The notes under the pieces are model-generated. The model made no database searches. It worked only from the letters and a program-made list of their open reading frames with translations, and was not told the origin of the DNA. This document shows, in pieces, positions 24,060-36,954 of a stretch of 64,000 nucleotides of DNA (positions within the stretch are counted from its first letter, which is position 1; the number at the start of each line of letters is the position of its first letter). A program made the translations under genes and the position numbers. This DNA is from Eukaryota sp. GEM-RC1 (Eukaryota): NCBI GenBank assembly GCA_040285855.1, contig JAUFOQ010000002.1:434001-498000 (forward strand). Reading direction: 5' to 3'.

Positions 24060-24420
24060 CTATCTTTGCATTGAACGAAACAAAGCAAACGTTAACCTAC
24101 TCGACCAAAAAATTTCATTTCCATTGTACTTTACCGTACTCAGAACACATATAGCAAAAGCAGTTAAAAAACCTTGAGCAGCTGGCCCAACATTATCATA
24201 TTTCGACATCGAAAACGGTTGAAACACAACCTATCAACATTCAATTGGTTAATTAAGTGACAGTACTTTGTATTTTTCCCCTTTTCAGCCACTTCAAGAC
24301 CAGAATATTAATCATAAAAATGCTGGAAATTGATCTTGAATTACAAGGATCAACAGTTGTAATATGAATGATAATTTCCGGATAAGATAACCAAGGACTA
24401 ATCAATTCACCACGACTTAA
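24060..24420 (-). mobile_element. Degenerate RLE-type non-LTR retrotransposon 3' fragment
   Basis: Across frameshifts: RGELISPW...TTVDPCN...GLEVAEKGKNTKY...FQPFSMSKYDNVGPAAQGF; similar to 2569-3120. Confidence 0.65.
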
Positions 24421-24707
24421 GAAATATGAGAAAAAAACGCTTTATTTAATCATACAAATTAAGACTTTCATCAATATCAAGACACGAGATTAGTGTTTTT
24501 TTGAAGGTCTGGTCCGTGGTACACAGATTTTTGTTTGGTTTGTATGTAGTCCGTTCGATTTGACTTTTTCTAAAGGTCCGATCTTTGCACATCACTAAAC
24601 AGGATGCCAATCCTCTACATCATCTCAAATCCATGTCTCAATGCAAAAAGACGGTTCAAAATCGAATGAAAAAACATAAACAATAAAAGTACATACTACT
24701 ATAGTAC

Positions 24708-25020
24708 TAGAGATGAGAAAATACTCTACTCAAGTACTGCCGAGTGTTTGAGTAGAGGACATAAAGTACTACTAGAGTAGTCTTCATGCTCACATTTCTG
24801 AATGTGTTCAAGCATATTTGAGTTTAGAATGGGAAAGCTGTTATTCATTATTGGATGGAGAGATATTTTTACTACAAATAGAACATTACAAATGTTTGTT
24901 GATGAGTACTATTAGAGTGGTATTTGAGTAGTCAACTTGAGTACTACTCAGATACTCGAGTAGTATTCATACTCACTTTTCAGGGACTTCGAGTAGTACT
25001 CGAGTATTTTCCCATCTCTA
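24708..25020. mobile_element. hAT-like MITE (GAGTACTC family)
   Basis: TIR TAGAGATGAGAAAATACTC/GAGTATTTTCCCATCTCTA; TSD only partly conserved (TATAGTAC/CATAGCAG). Confidence 0.72.
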
Positions 25021-25041
25021 CATAGCAGGTTCTCTACATAG

Positions 25042-25708
25042 CAGTGTTTGAAAACACACGTGTGAATCAAAAAGACACGTGTCCAACGGTGTGAATTGGT
25101 CTCATTTCAAACCATAGCTGTCCATTACGTCATGACAAATTAACACTTTATGTCATGACAAATGTAACATCCTTAAATCGTTCAACTGTGTAGTTTTTTG
25201 ACATTTTTGATATACAATCAATAGTAAAGCATGCTAATCAACACAGAGAAGTAGATAGCCAATAGAGTTTGCATAAGACTGTACTAATTGTATCTGTATT
25301 TTGTTTCGCCCACATCTATTTTTCAATTTTGGGTGTAGTGATGTAATGGATGTCCTGACACCATTACGTCATGACAGTGAGGTTGGTGGTGTCATGGACA
25401 GCTATGTTTCAAACTGACTACATCTCTCCATCCAATTCTGGCATTAAAAATTTAAGATATTGAACAAAATTGCAACTATTTGCAAGAAGGTATATGCATT
25501 AATGTATGATAGTCAATACAAATCGATTTGTCAGTCCAGAAGTTCGCGAACTGTCTCGACAAAGGTTCAGTACTTGTTTTCTGTTGAATGCAATCATTGT
25601 CCAAGAGTAAACTGCTGTAATGATGTATTGTTCTGAACAATTTCTTTCTAGAAACTGAACTTAAAATGTGGATACGTGCTTCACACGTGTCACACCATTC
25701 GAACACTG
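25042..25708. mobile_element. hAT-like MITE (CACACGTGT family) hosting a nested element
   Basis: TIR CAGTGTTTGAA/TTCGAACACTG; no clear TSD. Confidence 0.6.
25113..25406. mobile_element. Nested hAT MITE (GTCATGAC family)
   Basis: TIR CATAGCTGTCCAT/ATGGACAGCTATG; perfect TSD TTTCAAAC. Confidence 0.88.
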
Positions 25709-25872
25709 AGACTAACGCATGGAACGCAAATGTTTCGTACCGCGGTTTAGGCGTACCGTACGTACGTACGGTACATGTACCGGTACTGTACTTTTGACCG
25801 ACTAAAATATATTATTTTTATTTTGAACATGGCCATTGTGAGTTTTTAACAGTCACCATCGACATACAGTCT

Positions 25873-26559
25873 CAGGGGTGTGAAAATATTTATTTAAATA
25901 TATTGTTTATTGTTTTCGATAAAAATAAATATATTGTTATTGTTTTTGACAGAAATAAATATATTGTTATTGTTGTCGAAAACAATAAATATATTTATTT
26001 ATTGTCAATAAATAGTGCTTAATTTTATTTAGTTTCTATGTGTCAATAGCGAGACAAGAACAGCTTTAACATTTTTTATGATATATCAAATGTTCCTCAG
26101 ACTCGTCATCGTCCTAAAGGAGCTCAATAGATTGTGGAGTGAATAGGACTCTGAATGAAAATACTTCTTTGGAGTAACGTCAATTGCACAACCACAGAAC
26201 AGTTTGGGTTTCCGTCGTATTGAGCAAGACAAATCGTGTCAAGTACAGATTTGAAAAGTAGTGGGTAACAATTTCCTTATGTTCAGACATAAAAGGACTC
26301 AGATAGAATTGTATCGTGCTCAGCAACCTACAATCGATCACTTTACATTATATTTCTTCAACAATTACACAATGTATTACTGTAAAAACAGACAAAATAG
26401 GATACCAATATATTTAAATATATTGCAATAAATTGCAATAATATTGTTTATTGTTTCGACCAACAATAAATATATTGTCGGTAACTCACAGAACAATAAA
26501 TAAATAAATAGATATTTATTGCAATAAATACAATATAAATATATTTTTTCTCACCCCTG
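25873..26559. mobile_element. hAT MITE (AAATATATTGTT family)
   Basis: TIR CAGGGGTGTGAAAA/TTTTCTCACCCCTG; perfect TSD TACAGTCT. Confidence 0.88.
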
Positions 26560-27284
26560 TACAGTCTACCGTTAGACCAGGGCTCCTCATAAATAAATAT
26601 CAATTCTATTTATTTCTATTTCTATTTCTTTTTGGGCCTTTTTGTCGATCTTGCAAATAAAACAAAATAAAACAAAATATAAATAAATATAAATAAAATG
26701 TCGGAAAGTAAACTTAATTGATCTATATTATACATAGGTTAATTTAGTGCTCAAGGTTGTTGATTGACTTGAAACATGATGTGTGAAATACTCAAGCTCA
26801 GCCCAGAATCAAAGTCAATTCATTTTTCCTCAAACTTTGCCATTTCAGTGTCGAGCCTAACCGATGCAGACGAGCCTTTATCTATGTTCTAAGCCAATCC
26901 CACAGCTATATCCGGGCGTATGATCAGTGAACGATTCTCATGATCGTTTACGATGTTGATATTGAACTAATGTTGAAGATCCACATGTGGTGGTGACACA
27001 TTGAGAGCACTTGTACGAAGCAGAAAGTCAACTAACCTTTTTCGACAAGACATGGATGATCAAATTGATTGTGTATTCATCAATAGTGACTCAGATTAGA
27101 TGTACTAATCAAATATTTTGTTTTTATTTGGGTTTTATTTTGTTTTAATTATATTTATTTCACATTTATTTTTGGCACTTTTGGATGATCAAATTATCGG
27201 TACAGATAAAATGTTAACGTTACAGCAAAAAGTCAAAAATTTATATCGCGCAGTTCAAAAATGTACAAAATCTCAATCTACAAT

Positions 27285-28647
27285 CTAATAATTAGGTTGA
27301 GGATAAGCTCCATATTGTTGTTGGTTCATTCCTGGGTTAGAATACTGTTGCTGATGCATCCCCTGGTTAGGGTCAGCATACATTGACGCTTGAGGAGGAG
27401 GAACAGCAATGGGGTTGGTTACATGCATAGGAGGAGGTTGAACAACACCAGGAGGGGGGAGTGACACCAGGAATTGGATCGGGGTTGCTTCGACTGGCAG
27501 CCTTGGCATCAGGATCTGGACCCATCTTGCTCATAAGACAGGAGAAGATGCAACCAATAACACCAGCAGCGATCATGATAATACCTATCACACCCAGAGA
27601 AGATCCGCCATCGTCACCCCTCACCGTCTACATCAAAATAGACTCGTCGTGTTGATCCTGAACTTGCTGTTTCAATGAAGACTTTGTTATCACCGGATAT
27701 GTCAATCATACAGTCACTCAGTGCACAACTTAGCTTTTCACAAGCGGAGAGATCATGGACCGAATTTTGGAAATCGAACCATACATCAACATAGTCATCG
27801 TCATAATAATCGGTATTCTCAAAGCTGAGATAAGTACAGAATCATCTACACATACGTAAAATAGTAAAAATCGCTGGTTGAGGCTGTGTACTGGCAGTAT
27901 CCGGAACTACATGTTGTCCAAGGCTTGCGTTGTCCAACTCTACCACTTTTCCAGGATTCCCACTCAGACCGTCCCTGCAGAACCTCAAGAACCATACGGG
28001 AATACCATCCACTTGTACCATAGGCAATGGAAGCGAGAGTGCCTGTATTCATGAAAACACTGAAGAAACGGTAGCTCTCAGCATTCACACGTTGACTGAA
28101 CTGGTGTTTGTAGTTTACAGGATATGGGCGGTAGCCAGGTTGGAGAGAACACAAATAAGCTGAACCTTGACCCCCAGTAATGTGTACAGACTGTCTTGGA
28201 TTGAAAAAGGTTGAGACATCAAAAGTGGTACCAGGCATCAGAGGAACTCCCGATTCCGATGCTGCTGAGATTAAGAACAACACTAAACCGACAATGATGA
28301 GAGCCGCCATAAAGCAAGAAAGAGACGACACTTTGACACCGCCACCACTACGACCACCACCACTGTGACTCCTTCCTAAAGGAATAGAAAAGGAGGGGCC
28401 GCCACTTCTCCAAGAGCCGCCATGACCTGAAAAGCCAGAGAGATGAAAACCACCACCCCCGGATCTACGAGAGCCAGATCCCATGCTCCTTCCGAAGCTG
28501 CTACGAGAGCCAGATCCCATGCGACTTCCGCCGGATCTACGAGAACCAGATCCCATGCGACTTCCACCGGATCTACGAGAACCACCACTACGTCTACCTC
28601 CTCCTACGGTGGATAAAAGACTCAAAAATCATACCTGATATAGGCAT
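27285..28647 (-). CDS. Two-TM membrane protein, APD1-4/DUF4793-like, with a Gly/Ser/Arg N-terminus and Pro/Gln-rich tail; introns 28604-28634 and 27825-27855 (31 nt each); frameshifts near 27617-27620 and 27454-27459
   Basis: Splicing gives MPISGGGRRSG... and DFYYFTFENTDYYDD...; removing one base from each homopolymer joins the second TM and the PPPGVVQP tail. Family call rests on SYRFFSVFMNTG...QGRSEWESW and is tentative. Confidence 0.65.
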
Positions 28648-29264
28648 TACAGAATGAAAATGTTTGTTGCTTTCTGTTCCACCCATTTGCATCCGAAATG
28701 CATCGAACACGTGCGGATACGTGTCACTTGTTTTTGGACATCGCACACACCTTTAATGATTCGAGAATAATGTTTAAGAAGAATTGTTGAGCTTTGACAA
28801 CACTACCCACTATCTTAGAGTTTCAGTGTATTATTGTTCTCAAACAAACCTATCTCAGCGGCGGATTTGTTACTAGGACCTCTCATAAAATCACTTAAAA
28901 TTATTTGGTCCAAGAAAAGTGTCGATAAACTTGAAATAAACATACATATAACCATAGAAGGGAAATACCACTTCAACTTCAACTTCATGTATTTGTATTA
29001 ATACAAATACAATGAATACAAATACACATTTTCTATTTCAAGAGTGTATTTCAGTTGTATTTCGTATGTTCACATATGTGCTACTTTGCTAAGACCATTT
29101 AGAATAGATAATTATACAGAAAGTGATGTTAAGACAAGTTTTCATTGTTTTCACTCGGGGAGTAGTCGAAGTTTTATAGAAACTCATCAAAAGGGTAACC
29201 TTTCCAAGAAAAATATAAAATTGAAAAAACAAAAAAACAGTACTAGGTCTAATCAGAAAAACTT

Positions 29265-30143
29265 CAGCAATTGGTTTAATTAGTGTGGACCACACTAATT
29301 TTCATTACTATTTCAGCTCGTAGATAGGTTGAATTTAATAAAAATAGTGTGGACCACACTAATTGTTTGAAAAAAAGATTTAGTGTGGATTGAATTATAT
29401 TCCTAAAAGATGGTATTATAATTGTAGTTCGTGTTGTGTGTATTGTTGGAACAATACAAAACTACAGAAGTTCTTAAAATATTGGTTTTTAATTATTACC
29501 AATGTGAAAATTCTAGTTCACTATTACAACAAATGGTTAACTGCGTTGTTAAATTGATCAGGATACTTTTTGATACTATCTTGAAGCTCTGATTTCCACT
29601 GTTCAATTTCCCACGACCAGTTGTGTTCAAGCCCAATCCCCACAAAGCATGAGCATGTGAATTTTCATTATACGTCAACTGCTGTATTGACTTCATTGAT
29701 GCAATCTTCAGCTAATTCAAGACAGAATTGCTTTCCAGGGTTTGATCTTATTTATTTGTTGTTTTCTTGGTGTTCCATTTCTTTAACCATTTTGCCTTAA
29801 TTGTTGAAATGACAAAAGAATCTGCGGGTTGCAATACATGAGTGGTGTTGGGAGGCAGATAGGACTCCGTTGAATCGACTCTTTGTCGATCAAAAGCAGA
29901 AAAGATTTCAGAGCCAAGTACAATGGTAAGGAATGTGGAAAAAGATATCCGTATATTGGTTTACTACTGGTACTTTCAAATAGATTTGGACTGATTTTCA
30001 CATATTATTGATAGATAATGAAATCCACACTAATTAAGTCCAAAATTAACACTGTAAAAAATCAAGAAAATTAGAATTAGTGTGGACCACACTAATTAAA
30101 ATCCACACTAATTCTTTATCCACACTAAATACACCAATTGCTG
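29265..30143. mobile_element. Nested TIR element (TAGTGTGGACCACACTA family)
   Basis: TIR CAGCAATTGGT/ACCAATTGCTG; palindromic subterminal motif; diverged inverted copy at about 56727-57205. Confidence 0.75.
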
Positions 30144-30666
30144 TTCATCCCTATCTGGTAAAAGATTTCGTTTCTCAACATCAGCCATCAAAGATAATTA
30201 TGAACTAAAAAGTATACATCTTCATCTACTGGTTGATTCAACTTCTAAATTCTTTGATTTCAGTTGATGTTTATAAAAATAGTGCATTAAAAGACGACAA
30301 AAATCAAGAATCTCCCCTAACTTTCAAGAATAATTGAAGAAAAAATATATAATGTCCCTTGACTCTCCACTTCAATGAGAACCAGATCCACAGTGGGTTT
30401 TCGGAGTTACGTTGTTACGCTGATATCCGCACAATTGAGATATTACACAGTATAGTGAGACAAGTGATTTTCAATCAGTAGAAGTCATAACAGAATTAGA
30501 TGAATTGGAATTGCTTGGACACACTCAACTTCATACTACTTTTGTACTTACTTTCTCAGAAAAAATATTGTTTTTGGTACACAAACAGTATTTTTGTCAC
30601 AAAACGGTGCATTTGTTACAATAAATAGGATGAATAAGAGCAAATGCTAAAACCTAAATACTAATA

Positions 30667-30757
30667 CAGTCTACCCTCCCATTAAGGTCACCTTCTCATT
30701 AAGGTAAAACTCCCATTAAGGTCTGCCCAAAGACTTGCACTAATGGGAGGGAGACTG
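30667..30757. mobile_element. pogo/Tc1-type MITE (91 bp)
   Basis: TA-CAGTCTACCCTCCCATTA...TAATGGGAGGGAGACTG-TA; internal CATTAAGGT x3. Confidence 0.75.
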
Positions 30758-30898
30758 TAATACCACAAAAAAGACAAGCTAGGGCCTTGTACTAATACAA
30801 ATACAAAATACACATAATACATGTATTCTGTAGTTCCCATCTATGCATATAACAAAAGATAAACAAAGATAACTTTGACATAAACTACCACAGTAGTA

Positions 30899-31010
30899 CT
30901 AAAAAGGTATCAAATTCTCTACATCTACTCGTGACCCACGATACAATTTGTCCAATATACGATTCAAATACTTTGGAAAACTTCTTAATAATGAAAAACA
31001 ATCCCAAAGA
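30899..31010 (-). mobile_element. Non-LTR retrotransposon extreme 3' remnant
   Basis: FSLLRSFPKYLNRILDKLYRGSRVDVENL resembles ALYRSIPKYL...YRVDVEKL at the end of 2569-3120. Confidence 0.45.
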
Positions 31011-31476
31011 GTCTGAGTAATGTTTTTGATGTCCTTAGTATCAATCAATTCATCTCCTGGCACCACGTGATCAAAATGCAAAAATAAGATTTGAAGAAGC
31101 AAAGAAGTGAATCGTCTATTTATAAGGCTTCGTTAAATAGAAAAAATTCAAACATCATTGAAAGGAAAAGATGGTTGCTAAAAAGTAACTTCTTTTGAAG
31201 AAGGTAACGACCAATAAAATAAATAAAGTGTTTCTCAATGAAAAACATACTGTAAAAAGAAGTCTTCTAAAACAAAGAAACAGTGTTCAACTGTTAGTTG
31301 AACTAATCAGATTAAATTGGAAGTGTCTTTGTTTAAAAAAACGCCACTGCTGACAAATTAAATTATTGACGCCTCTCACCTTCCAGTTCGAAGGATACAC
31401 GTGAACAGATCAATCAAACACTTTGATGATCAATCAAAAGGACTGTTTCAAGAAATTCAATAGCTTAAAAATCAAA

Positions 31477-32699
31477 TTAATCTCTGTAATAAAACAATAA
31501 ATACGGTTGGCATTGTAAAACAGAATCAATCGAAACTTCTCTAAACGACTCATCAGAAAAGTAATACCAATCACCAGACAAAACGTGTCTTGAATAAGCA
31601 ATATAATGACCATAATTAAGACAACCTGAGTGACAGACAATCGAAACCAATTTATACTCAAAAGGGACACATCGTTCGGTGAAGATCTCTGAATTAAGAT
31701 CAGTTGAACTGAAAGAGAGAGGAAATTCAACTTCAGAATTGTCCTTAACGTATGACACTCCATTAGACTTGAATCTTTTGATATGAAAGCACAGTACTGG
31801 GGGAAAGCTTTGATTAGTAAGCATAAACTGCTTAATTGCTGGCCTTTTCCTTAGTCTTTTAGAAGGAATTGACGGACAGTTCTCATCATCAGAATCATTT
31901 GAAGAAGGAAGTTCCTGGCTCAGAACATCACGTGCCTTTTGAACCATTGAGGGAGAATGTAGTGATTCGTTTTGAAGAATGACTTTGGCTTGTTCTTGAC
32001 GTTCTTTGATGGTGCAAACCTTACATGAAATTCTTTGTGAATCGTCAGTAAGCAACTCTGGATGACAGAAGTAGTTAAATAAAACCAAAAGATCATTAAA
32101 TCTATGATGAAAAGGACGAGGTGGGGGAAGTGCAAGATCAGAGAAATCAAAGTCTTCAGGTAAGGAAGTACGAATCAGATGATGACGTTTACTTACTTTT
32201 GAGTTGAATAGAGGCAAAGAGAAACAAACTAGTTGTTCTGGACGAGAAGTTACTGTAGCACAGACCATGCAAGAGAATGATGAGGAAACAGTAGAAGAAA
32301 AGGTCTCACTGAAGGTGGTGGAGTCTCTGTCCTTTTGTTCAGTTGATATACCAGAAAATAAGGTCAAAAGTAATTCAAAAGCGTCGTGTTGTCCGTAATC
32401 AGAGAATAGAGGGTTGACTTTACACATGGATTTGTACAAAGCTAAGGGTGAAACTACTGAAGGGCCTGTTTCAGACCAGTGTTGTTGATATAAGTTCTTC
32501 AATTGAGTAGATATAGGAGTGGAAACATCAAGTAGAGAGTCAAACTGGGGAATAGCGTAAAGAGACTGCAGAACAGCATTGAAGAAGCAGAGAGTCCTGA
32601 GCTTCGTAAACCACGAATCCCAGGAGAACCAATATGTGTGACTGATTTAGCTTTGCTTTTAGATCTGGTTGGAGGTTTTGACTTCTTGCGTTTTGCCAT
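31477..32699 (-). CDS. Ubiquitin-specific protease (USP/C19); frameshift near 32589
   Basis: One added base restores the Cys box (GLRSSGLSCFFNAVLQSL); also GQHDAFE, CFHIKRF, His box HSGCLNYGHYIAY, WYYFSDE and PYLLFY. Confidence 0.85.
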
Positions 32700-33483
32700 T
32701 TGAAGAGTTTTGAAGAGTTTTTTTGGTAGAAAAAGGAAGAAAAAGAGAAAACTTGAAAAAAGAAAACACAATTCAAATTATCCACATGCAGTCTGGTAGG
32801 GTGAATATCATTTGACACCATATCTACCACAAATTTTACAGAACTGTACAAGTAATTGTTTTCTTGGTAATAAAAATGGAATTGATATTGGCAAATCAAA
32901 AAGTTAACAGCCTTTTGTTGTATGTAATTGCATGGAGTTCAAATCTGAAGTTAGTTTAATAGATTTGTAGTGGATCCTGACAGTAGAATCCCCTATCGAT
33001 AGGTAGCCGATTAAACAAAATGTACTATTTCATCAAGACATCCGGCTTTGAGCACGTTTTGTGTCTAAATTTGTTAGGCCTAACTAATTTAGACACAAAG
33101 AATCAATATACCATTATAGGCTACTTAAAGTAAAAAATTAAGTAGCCTTAGATGTCGTCTTGTTAGTTTAGATGTGTGTTTTCATTATTATTAAATCTCT
33201 GAGATTCAACACTACTTTGATAGAGTTGACAAACTGAGTATAGTCATGTACTAAAAAATCAAGACATTACTAGTTTAAAACGAAAGACGAACAAATGCAT
33301 TAAATAACGGAAATTGTTCAATGAAACCAATAAAAAACTGAATGTCCCCTTCAAACCAATCAAATGGTTTGTAAGGAGTTTTCAAACCAGCGTAAACCCG
33401 TTCTATGACACCACACAGCACACTAGAACACCACCACCAAGATCTAAAAACCTTGAAAAAACACTAAATAAAAACTAAAACTA

Positions 33484-34142
33484 TTAAACTTTCTTCTTCT
33501 TGGACAACAGCCCTATAACCCTTTTTACATCACTAACTGTACTATCACCTGAAGTTCTTTTAGACCCAGATAAATTACCCGTTGTTGCTGTAGACTTTTG
33601 AATATAATCTCGATGAATGTTTGATTTGTTATAAACATTGGACTTCGCACTGTCCAGACTTGTGTTTTCCTTGGTAGCTTTCTTTTGTGCTCGTTCTGCT
33701 TTATCTTGTAGCATTTTTGATTGATCCATGGAACGCATCAATGATTCGTTCTCCCTTTTGCTTTGTCTGATTTCTGCTTGAAGACGTTGTTGACGAACTG
33801 CATTCTGATAAACACTTCGTTCCGTTAAATGATGCCATTTGAACTTTGGTAGATAACGGATATTCCATAAGTCATAGTAGTAGGGAGTTTTACTTTTAGA
33901 TTCACCTCCAATTTGCTGTCCATTGAGGATCTCCGCAACAGCACGTGCAATCTTTTGTCTTTGAATTCAACCCATCCATCGAGAAAACTTTTCCGTTTCT
34001 GCTTCTTTGTTGTAGGATTTGGTCTCAGAAAAATTCGATCTACTTCACCGAATCGAGATAGTAGTTTGCGAATGACATTAGGTGTCAAATGAGGAGACAG
34101 ACTAGGAATATAAATGACTCCTGTAGAACCAAGATTGTCCAT
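33484..34142 (-). CDS. ESF2: Pre-rRNA processing protein ESF2/ABT1; frameshift at 33953-33956
   Basis: GVIYI, FGEVDRIFL, GWVEFKDK; with one added A it continues KIARAVAEILNGQQIGG...YYYDLWNIRYLPKFKWHHLTE. Confidence 0.9.
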
Positions 34143-34165
34143 GGAGAGAAGGAATTTTACCCAAA

Positions 34166-35140
34166 ATGAGTGAGAATCGTGAACCTCTAACCATTCATGA
34201 AGGCCAACAGCTTGATAAGCTCTTTCAAGAGCTTTCCCGCGACTTTCTCTCTCTAGTGGTTCCTATAATAGTTACAATGTTTGCAGCTGTTCTTCTTTCT
34301 CAAGTTATTCCACTTTCAGCATCTTCTCAGCTTATCCAACAGATTCTCCTGTACACAGATCAGCCTAATGACGATGCCACTTCCAGAACCCTAGGATCTT
34401 TACTCAACGCATTTATTCTTATCTCGATCACTGTCCTTTCAACCATCATTATACTTTTTCTCTACAACAAAGGATGTACTTCTGTTCTAACGGGATGGTT
34501 CTGTTTCTCAGCCTTCATCATCTTTTTCGTTCTGGGATTCTACATTTCTCTTTCTTTCGTCAAGATCTATCACATACCCATTGACATCATTTCCTTCATC
34601 TTTGTCATCTTCAACTTCTCTGTCCTTGGTGTAGCTGCTCTCTTCTTCATTCCAAATCCTGACAATCACCTCACACACTTCTTTCTTATAGTTCTCTCTG
34701 TTTTCAGTGTTCACTTCCTCTCTAATCTACCAAAGTGGAGCTTGTTCTCCTTCATCATCCTCATTTCTGTCTACGACATATACTCTGTCCTTCACTCTCG
34801 AGGTCCCCTGCGTCATTTAACAGAAGCTGTATCTTCTTCTTCGTCCTCTTCTTCCTTCCCTGGTTTAGTTTACGTTGTTCGAGGACAGGTTCTTGGTCTT
34901 GGGGACTTCTTCATTTACTCACTTCTAGCCATCCAAGCATATGAATACTCCTTCTACTCTGCTCTTCTTTGTATATCTGCTATAATAACTGGTCTCATCA
35001 TTACTCTATTTGTTTGCTCTCTTCTTGATAGAACCATGCCAGCTTTACCTATCAGCGTCTTTGGGGGTCTGCTGATGCTCTTGTTGTCAGTTGCTTGGTT
35101 CTCTAAGGGAATGACTTATAGAGTTTTCTTTGCCATTTAA
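34166..35140 (+). CDS. PSEN: Presenilin (gamma-secretase aspartyl protease)
   Basis: SVYDIYSVL..RGPLR, LGLGDFFIYS, MPALPIS; multi-TM. Confidence 0.92.
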   Translation: MSENREPLTIHEGQQLDKLFQELSRDFLSLVVPIIVTMFAAVLLSQVIPLSASSQLIQQILLYTDQPNDDATSRTLGSLLNAFILISITVLSTIIILFLYNKGCTSVLTGWFCFSAFIIFFVLGFYISLSFVKIYHIPIDIISFIFVIFNFSVLGVAALFFIPNPDNHLTHFFLIVLSVFSVHFLSNLPKWSLFSFIILISVYDIYSVLHSRGPLRHLTEAVSSSSSSSSFPGLVYVVRGQVLGLGDFFIYSLLAIQAYEYSFYSALLCISAIITGLIITLFVCSLLDRTMPALPISVFGGLLMLLLSVAWFSKGMTYRVFFAI

Positions 35141-35518
35141 GATGATGACGTGATACTAAAGGAAAGATGATGACGTGATACTAAAGGAAAGGTGTGTCTG
35201 TGATAGAAAAGATAGTTCTGGAGGCTTTGTTAATGGAGTCAATTTATAGTTAGAACTATAAGAATCTACTTGACGTGCCATCTGTATATGTTTTACGATT
35301 CTCAATTAACATTTGAGTTCTAACAGCAAATGACTTAAGTTGGTGTTAATTTATTCTGTTTTATCCCCCACATTAACTTAATGTTTGCTAAAGACAGAGT
35401 TAGATAATTAAACAGAAACTTTCTTGATCAAGAATGTTTTGTCACGATTGTTGATTTACAAATAGAATACAAAATTAATATTTCAAAAATAAATAAATAT
35501 CAGTTGCTCCGAGTTCGT

Positions 35519-36313
35519 TCATTGAGAACCTTCTTCTATAAACTTAACTCTAGTTTCCAAAGCTGACAAACGGCGTTCAATAAGAGACAATGAAGAAGAA
35601 ATTCTACTATTCATTGAATCCAAAGTTCTCGCTATTGCTTTCATAGAGTTTTGTCCAGGTTCAACCTTGGATTCAGACGACTGATAGTGGCTATCACGTG
35701 ACGGAAGAGGTTGACCCTGATAGGAAGTAGAGCTCTTGTTGATTATAGAAGGAGGGAGAGAAGTAAAAGCAGAAGTGGAACTAAATTGGGAAGAATCAGA
35801 GACAGAGTTAGACTCTCGGATATTGAGGGATTCGAGTTTAGGAACGGGAGAAGGTACCGCTCGAGGTTGGGGTTTTGGAGGGTTTTCAGCCACTCTAGCG
35901 TGGTTCTGGATCACAACTCCAGATCGGGAAGTGTGAAGTTGCTGGTGGTGAGACTTGAGTAACCGGATTATTTCCAACAGTAATTGAAGACGTTTTTCAG
36001 CAAATCCCTTGGTCAAGAATTGAGAAGGAGAGAGGACTGGGTTGAAATTGTATTCCTGTCGTAGGATTTTGTATATGGTTTGAACAAAGGCAGAGTCACT
36101 GCTCGGAGAAAGAACGTAGCCCTTGGATAGAAATTCTTGCAGTAACGGGCGTGAAAACTTATTAAAACAATAGGAAAGAATTGGAAGTAATGGGATCGGA
36201 GAACCTTGAGCAACAGCGGGTAGATCTATAGTTTCAGAATATCGAAGAGATCGTAACTCGGCTTGTAACCGTTGTATAAGTAAAGGTATCTCTGAAGTCT
36301 TACTAAGAGTCAT
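35519..36313 (-). CDS. CEP44: Centrosomal protein CEP44
   Basis: LRSLRY..IDL....G.P..LLPILSY, D..FV..IYKILR.E..F.P.LS..QFL..GFAEKR, plus a C-terminal coiled coil. Confidence 0.85.
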   Translation of the reverse strand: MTLSKTSEIPLLIQRLQAELRSLRYSETIDLPAVAQGSPIPLLPILSYCFNKFSRPLLQEFLSKGYVLSPSSDSAFVQTIYKILRQEYNFNPVLSPSQFLTKGFAEKRLQLLLEIIRLLKSHHQQLHTSRSGVVIQNHARVAENPPKPQPRAVPSPVPKLESLNIRESNSVSDSSQFSSTSAFTSLPPSIINKSSTSYQGQPLPSRDSHYQSSESKVEPGQNSMKAIARTLDSMNSRISSSLSLIERRLSALETRVKFIEEGSQ

Positions 36314-36602
36314 TGTTTAACAAAGAAAGATCGGTAGGTGACAATTTGATATGAAGAAGAATTCACATGAATCATCTGATGCATGTAGGATATTCAATCA
36401 CATGGTTTTCTTTGACCGTCATGTAATATTCAAGATAAAGCACAGTTTGTGATGAACCAAATGTTACAATTGTGTCATTCAAATGATATGCATAAATAGA
36501 ATTAGTGTGTGTATAGAATCAGAGTGAATTGGAACAGGTCCACTTATGGGAAGTAATGATGAAACTCTAATACAATCTATTGAATCAAGAAGCACTATTT
36601 TA

Positions 36603-36622
36603 ACAGTGTTCACAAACACTGT
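36603..36622 (-). promoter_or_regulatory. Histone H4 3' stem-loop
   Basis: ACAGTGTT-TGTG-AACACTGT, 20 nt after the stop. Confidence 0.75.
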
Positions 36623-36642
36623 GAAGCAAAACACCAACACTC

Positions 36643-36954
36643 TTATACACCAAATCCATACAGCACACGTCCATGACGTTTCAAAGCATAGACAACATCC
36701 ATAGCAGTGACGGTCTTTCTTCTAGCATGTTCACAATAGGTAACTGAATCACGGATAACGTTTTCTAAGAAAGTACGGAGGACAGTACGAGTTTCATCAT
36801 AGATTAGAGCAGAGATACGTTTAACACCTCCACGACGAGCAAGACGACGGATAGCAGGCTTAGTAATACCTTGGATGTTTTCACGAAGGACTTTGCGATG
36901 ACGCTTGGCTCCACCTTTACCTAGACCTTTACCACCTTTACCACGACCAGCCAT
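36643..36954 (-). CDS. H4: Histone H4 (cluster 1)
   Basis: Near-canonical H4 sequence. Confidence 0.99.
   Translation of the reverse strand: MAGRGKGGKGLGKGGAKRHRKVLRENIQGITKPAIRRLARRGGVKRISALIYDETRTVLRTFLENVIRDSVTYCEHARRKTVTAMDVVYALKRHGRVLYGFGV

Larger units (their letters stand above)
28953..30845. mobile_element. Non-autonomous hAT element (AATACA family) with nested insertions
   Basis: TIR CATAGAAGGGAAATAC/GTAGTTCCCATCTATG; perfect TSD CATATAAC. Confidence 0.85.

Noticed and set aside
25753..25774. 22-bp GTAC palindrome
   Set aside because: Low-complexity GTAC repeat in a transposon island, probably a subterminal remnant.
35139..35191. 25-bp tandem duplication after the presenilin stop
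   Set aside because: Simple local duplication with no further structure.
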